From assembly GCF_963921235.1 (NCBI RefSeq), contig NC_086097.1, positions 239,074,001-239,138,000 on the forward strand: a stretch of DNA of 64,000 bases. Reading direction: 5' to 3'. The translations under genes and the position numbers were made by a program. Positions 62,006 to 64,000 of the stretch are shown in pieces. The notes beneath the pieces are model-generated. The model was not told where the DNA came from. It did not search any database and saw only the letters and a program-made list of their open reading frames with translations. This stretch comes from Mobula hypostoma (Eukaryota). Numbering within the stretch: position 1 is the first letter of the stretch; every line of letters begins with the position of its first letter.

Positions 62006-63862
62006 GGACTGTAAAAGCTTTTATAGATATGTAAAAAGGAAAAGACTGATAAAGACAAATGTAGGTCCCCTGCAAACAGAAACAGGTGAATTGATTATGG
62101 GGAGCAAGGACATGGCAGACCAATTGAATAATTACTTTGGTTCTGTCTTCACTAAGGAGGACATAAATAATCTTCCAGAAATAGTAAGGGACAGAGGGTC
62201 CAGTGAGATGGAGGAACTGAGCGAAATACATGTTAGTAGGGAAGTGGTGTTAGGTAAATTGAAGGGATTGAAGGCAGATAAATCCCCAGGGCCAGATGGT
62301 CTGCATCCCAGAGTGCTTAAGGAAGTGGCCCAAGAAATAGTGGATGCATTAGTGATAATTTTTCAAAACTCGTTAGATTCTGGACTAGTTCCTGAGGATT
62401 GGAGGGTGGCTAATGTAACCCCACTTTTTAAAAAAGGAGGGAGAGAGAAACCGGGGAATTATAGGCCGGTTAGCCTAACGTCGGTGGTGGGGAAACTGCT
62501 GGAGTCAGTTATCAAGGATGTGATAACAGCACATTTGGAAAGCGGTGAAATGATCGGACAAAGTCAGCATGGATTTGTGAAAGGAAAATCATGTCTGACG
62601 AATCTCATAGAATTTTTTGAGGATGTAACTAGTAGAGTGGATAGGGGAGAACCAGTGGATGTGGTATATTTGGATTTTCAAAAGGCTTTTGACAAGGTCC
62701 CACATAGGAGATTAGTGTGCAAACTTAAAGCACACGGTATTGGGGGTAAGGTATTGGTGTGGGTGGAGAATTGGTTAGCAGACAGGAAGCAAAGAGTGGG
62801 AATAAACGGGACCTTTTCAGAATGGCAGGCGGTGACTAGTGGGGTACCGCAAGGCTCAGTGCTGGGACCCCAGTTGTTTACAATATATATTAATGACTTG
62901 GATGAGGGAATTAAATGCAGCATCTCCAAGTTTGCGGATGACACGAAGCTGGGTGGCAGTGTTAGCAGTGAGGAGGATGCTAAGAGGATGCAGGGTGACT
63001 TGGATAGGTTGGGTGAGTGGGCAAACTCATGGCAGATGCAATTTAATGTGGATAAATGTGAAGTTATCCACTTTGGTGGCAAAAATAGGAAAACAGATTA
63101 TTATCTGAATGGTGGCCGATTAGGAAAAGGGGAGGTGCAACGAGACCTGGGTGTCATTATACACCAGTCATTGAAAGTGGGCATGCAGGTACAGCAGGCG
63201 GTGAAAAAGGCGAACGGTATGCTGGCATTTATAGCGAGAGGATTCGAGTACAGGAGCAGGGAGGTACTACTGCAGTTGTACAAGGCCTTGGTGAGACCAC
63301 ACCTGGAGTATTGTGTGCAGTTTTGGTCCCCTAATCTGAGGAAAGACATCTTTGCCATAGAGGGAGTACAAAGAAGGTTCACCAGATTGATTCCTGGGAT
63401 GGCAGGTCTTTCATATGAAGAAAGACTGGATGAACTGGGCTTGTACTCGTTGGAATTTAGAAGATTGAGGGGGGATCTGATTGAAACGTATAAGATCCTA
63501 AAGGGATTGGACAGGCTAGATGCAGGAAGATTGTTCCCGATGTTGGGGAGGTCTAGAACGAGGGGTCACAGTTTGAGGATAGAGGGGAAGCCTTTTAGGA
63601 CCGAGGTTAGGAAAAACTTCTTCACACAGAGAGTGGTGAATCTGTGGAATTCTCTGCCACAGCAAACTGTTGAGGCCAGTTCATTAGCTATGTTTAAAAG
63701 GAAGTTAGATATGGCCCTTGTGGCTACAGGGGTCAGGGGGTATGGAGGGAAGGCTGGGTTCTGAGTTGGATGATCAGCCATGATCATAATAAATGGCGGT
63801 GCAGGCTCGAAGGGCCGAATGGCCTACTCCTGCACCTATTTTCTATGTTTCTATGTTTCTAT
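62006..63862 (+). mobile_element. Young CR1, 5'-truncated; longest copy
   Basis: Uninterrupted ORF2 segment, 3' UTR stem-loop and (tttctatg)n tail. Confidence 0.97.
62007..63764 (+). CDS. CR1 ORF2 reverse transcriptase (open, 5'-truncated, no endonuclease)
   Basis: The frame is open from DCKSFYRYVKRK through KSPGPDGLHP, GNYRPVSLTS, QHGF, DFQKAFD, GVPQGS and KFADD to the stop. Confidence 0.9.
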   Translation, partial: DCKSFYRYVKRKRLIKTNVGPLQTETGELIMGSKDMADQLNNYFGSVFTKEDINNLPEIVRDRGSSEMEELSEIHVSREVVLGKLKGLKADKSPGPDGLHPRVLKEVAQEIVDALVIIFQNSLDSGLVPEDWRVANVTPLFKKGGREKPGNYRPVSLTSVVGKLLESVIKDVITAHLESGEMIGQSQHGFVKGKSCLTNLIEFFEDVTSRVDRGEPVDVVYLDFQKAFDKVPHRRLVCKLKAHGIGGKVLVWVENWLADRKQRVGINGTFSEWQAVTSGVPQGSVLGPQLFTIYINDLDEGIKCSISKFADDTKLGGSVSSEEDAKRMQGDLDRLGEWANSWQMQFNVDKCEVIHFGGKNRKTDYYLNGGRLGKGEVQRDLGVIIHQSLKVGMQVQQAVKKANGMLAFIARGFEYRSREVLLQLYKALVRPHLEYCVQFWSPNLRKDIFAIEGVQRRFTRLIPGMAGLSYEERLDELGLYSLEFRRLRGDLIETYKILKGLDRLDAGRLFPMLGRSRTRGHSLRIEGKPFRTEVRKNFFTQRVVNLWNSLPQQTVEASSLAMFKRKLDMALVATGVRGYGGKAGF

Positions 63863-64000
63863 AATATTGAGATATAACTGAAAGAAACCAGATGTGACAA
63901 GCTATAAATGTGTGCCTGTGCAGATTTTCTTATCTAAAAGTTTACTAAAACTTAAATGGTAAACCTTTAGGAAAAAAATAAATCACTGTATAAAGTGACT

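Noticed and set aside
62678..63787. Repeated minus-strand ORFs (MPPKWITSH..., MNLLCTPS..., MIMADHPT...)
   Set aside because: They are antisense shadows of CR1 ORF2 and recur only because the element is repeated.

Overview
Eukaryotic, repeat-dense, apparently intronic or intergenic DNA with no host gene I can recognise. The repeat complement (tRNA-derived V-SINE/HE1-like SINEs, CR1 LINEs with (TTTCTATG)n tails, Rex1/Babar LINEs, RTE, Tc1, hAT, a solo LTR) points to a vertebrate, most likely a cartilaginous fish; this assignment is an inference. Every long ORF is transposon-derived. The most notable signal is about 15 short Penelope-like terminal-repeat copies, most carrying an intact or degenerate minimal type I hammerhead ribozyme motif (CUGANGA-helix II-GAAAC-GUC, palindromic helix III). 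The young copies are mostly inverted pairs with 12-17 bp TSDs. One copy is joined to a GIY-YIG endonuclease C-terminus, and another ends at the predicted self-cleavage site. Also present: four near-identical young CR1 copies, a decayed full-length esterase-ORF1 CR1, several multi-level nested insertions resolved by TSDs, and an RTE-type short element with a partial HDV-like fold. Boundaries of old repeats are approximate and were read by eye.
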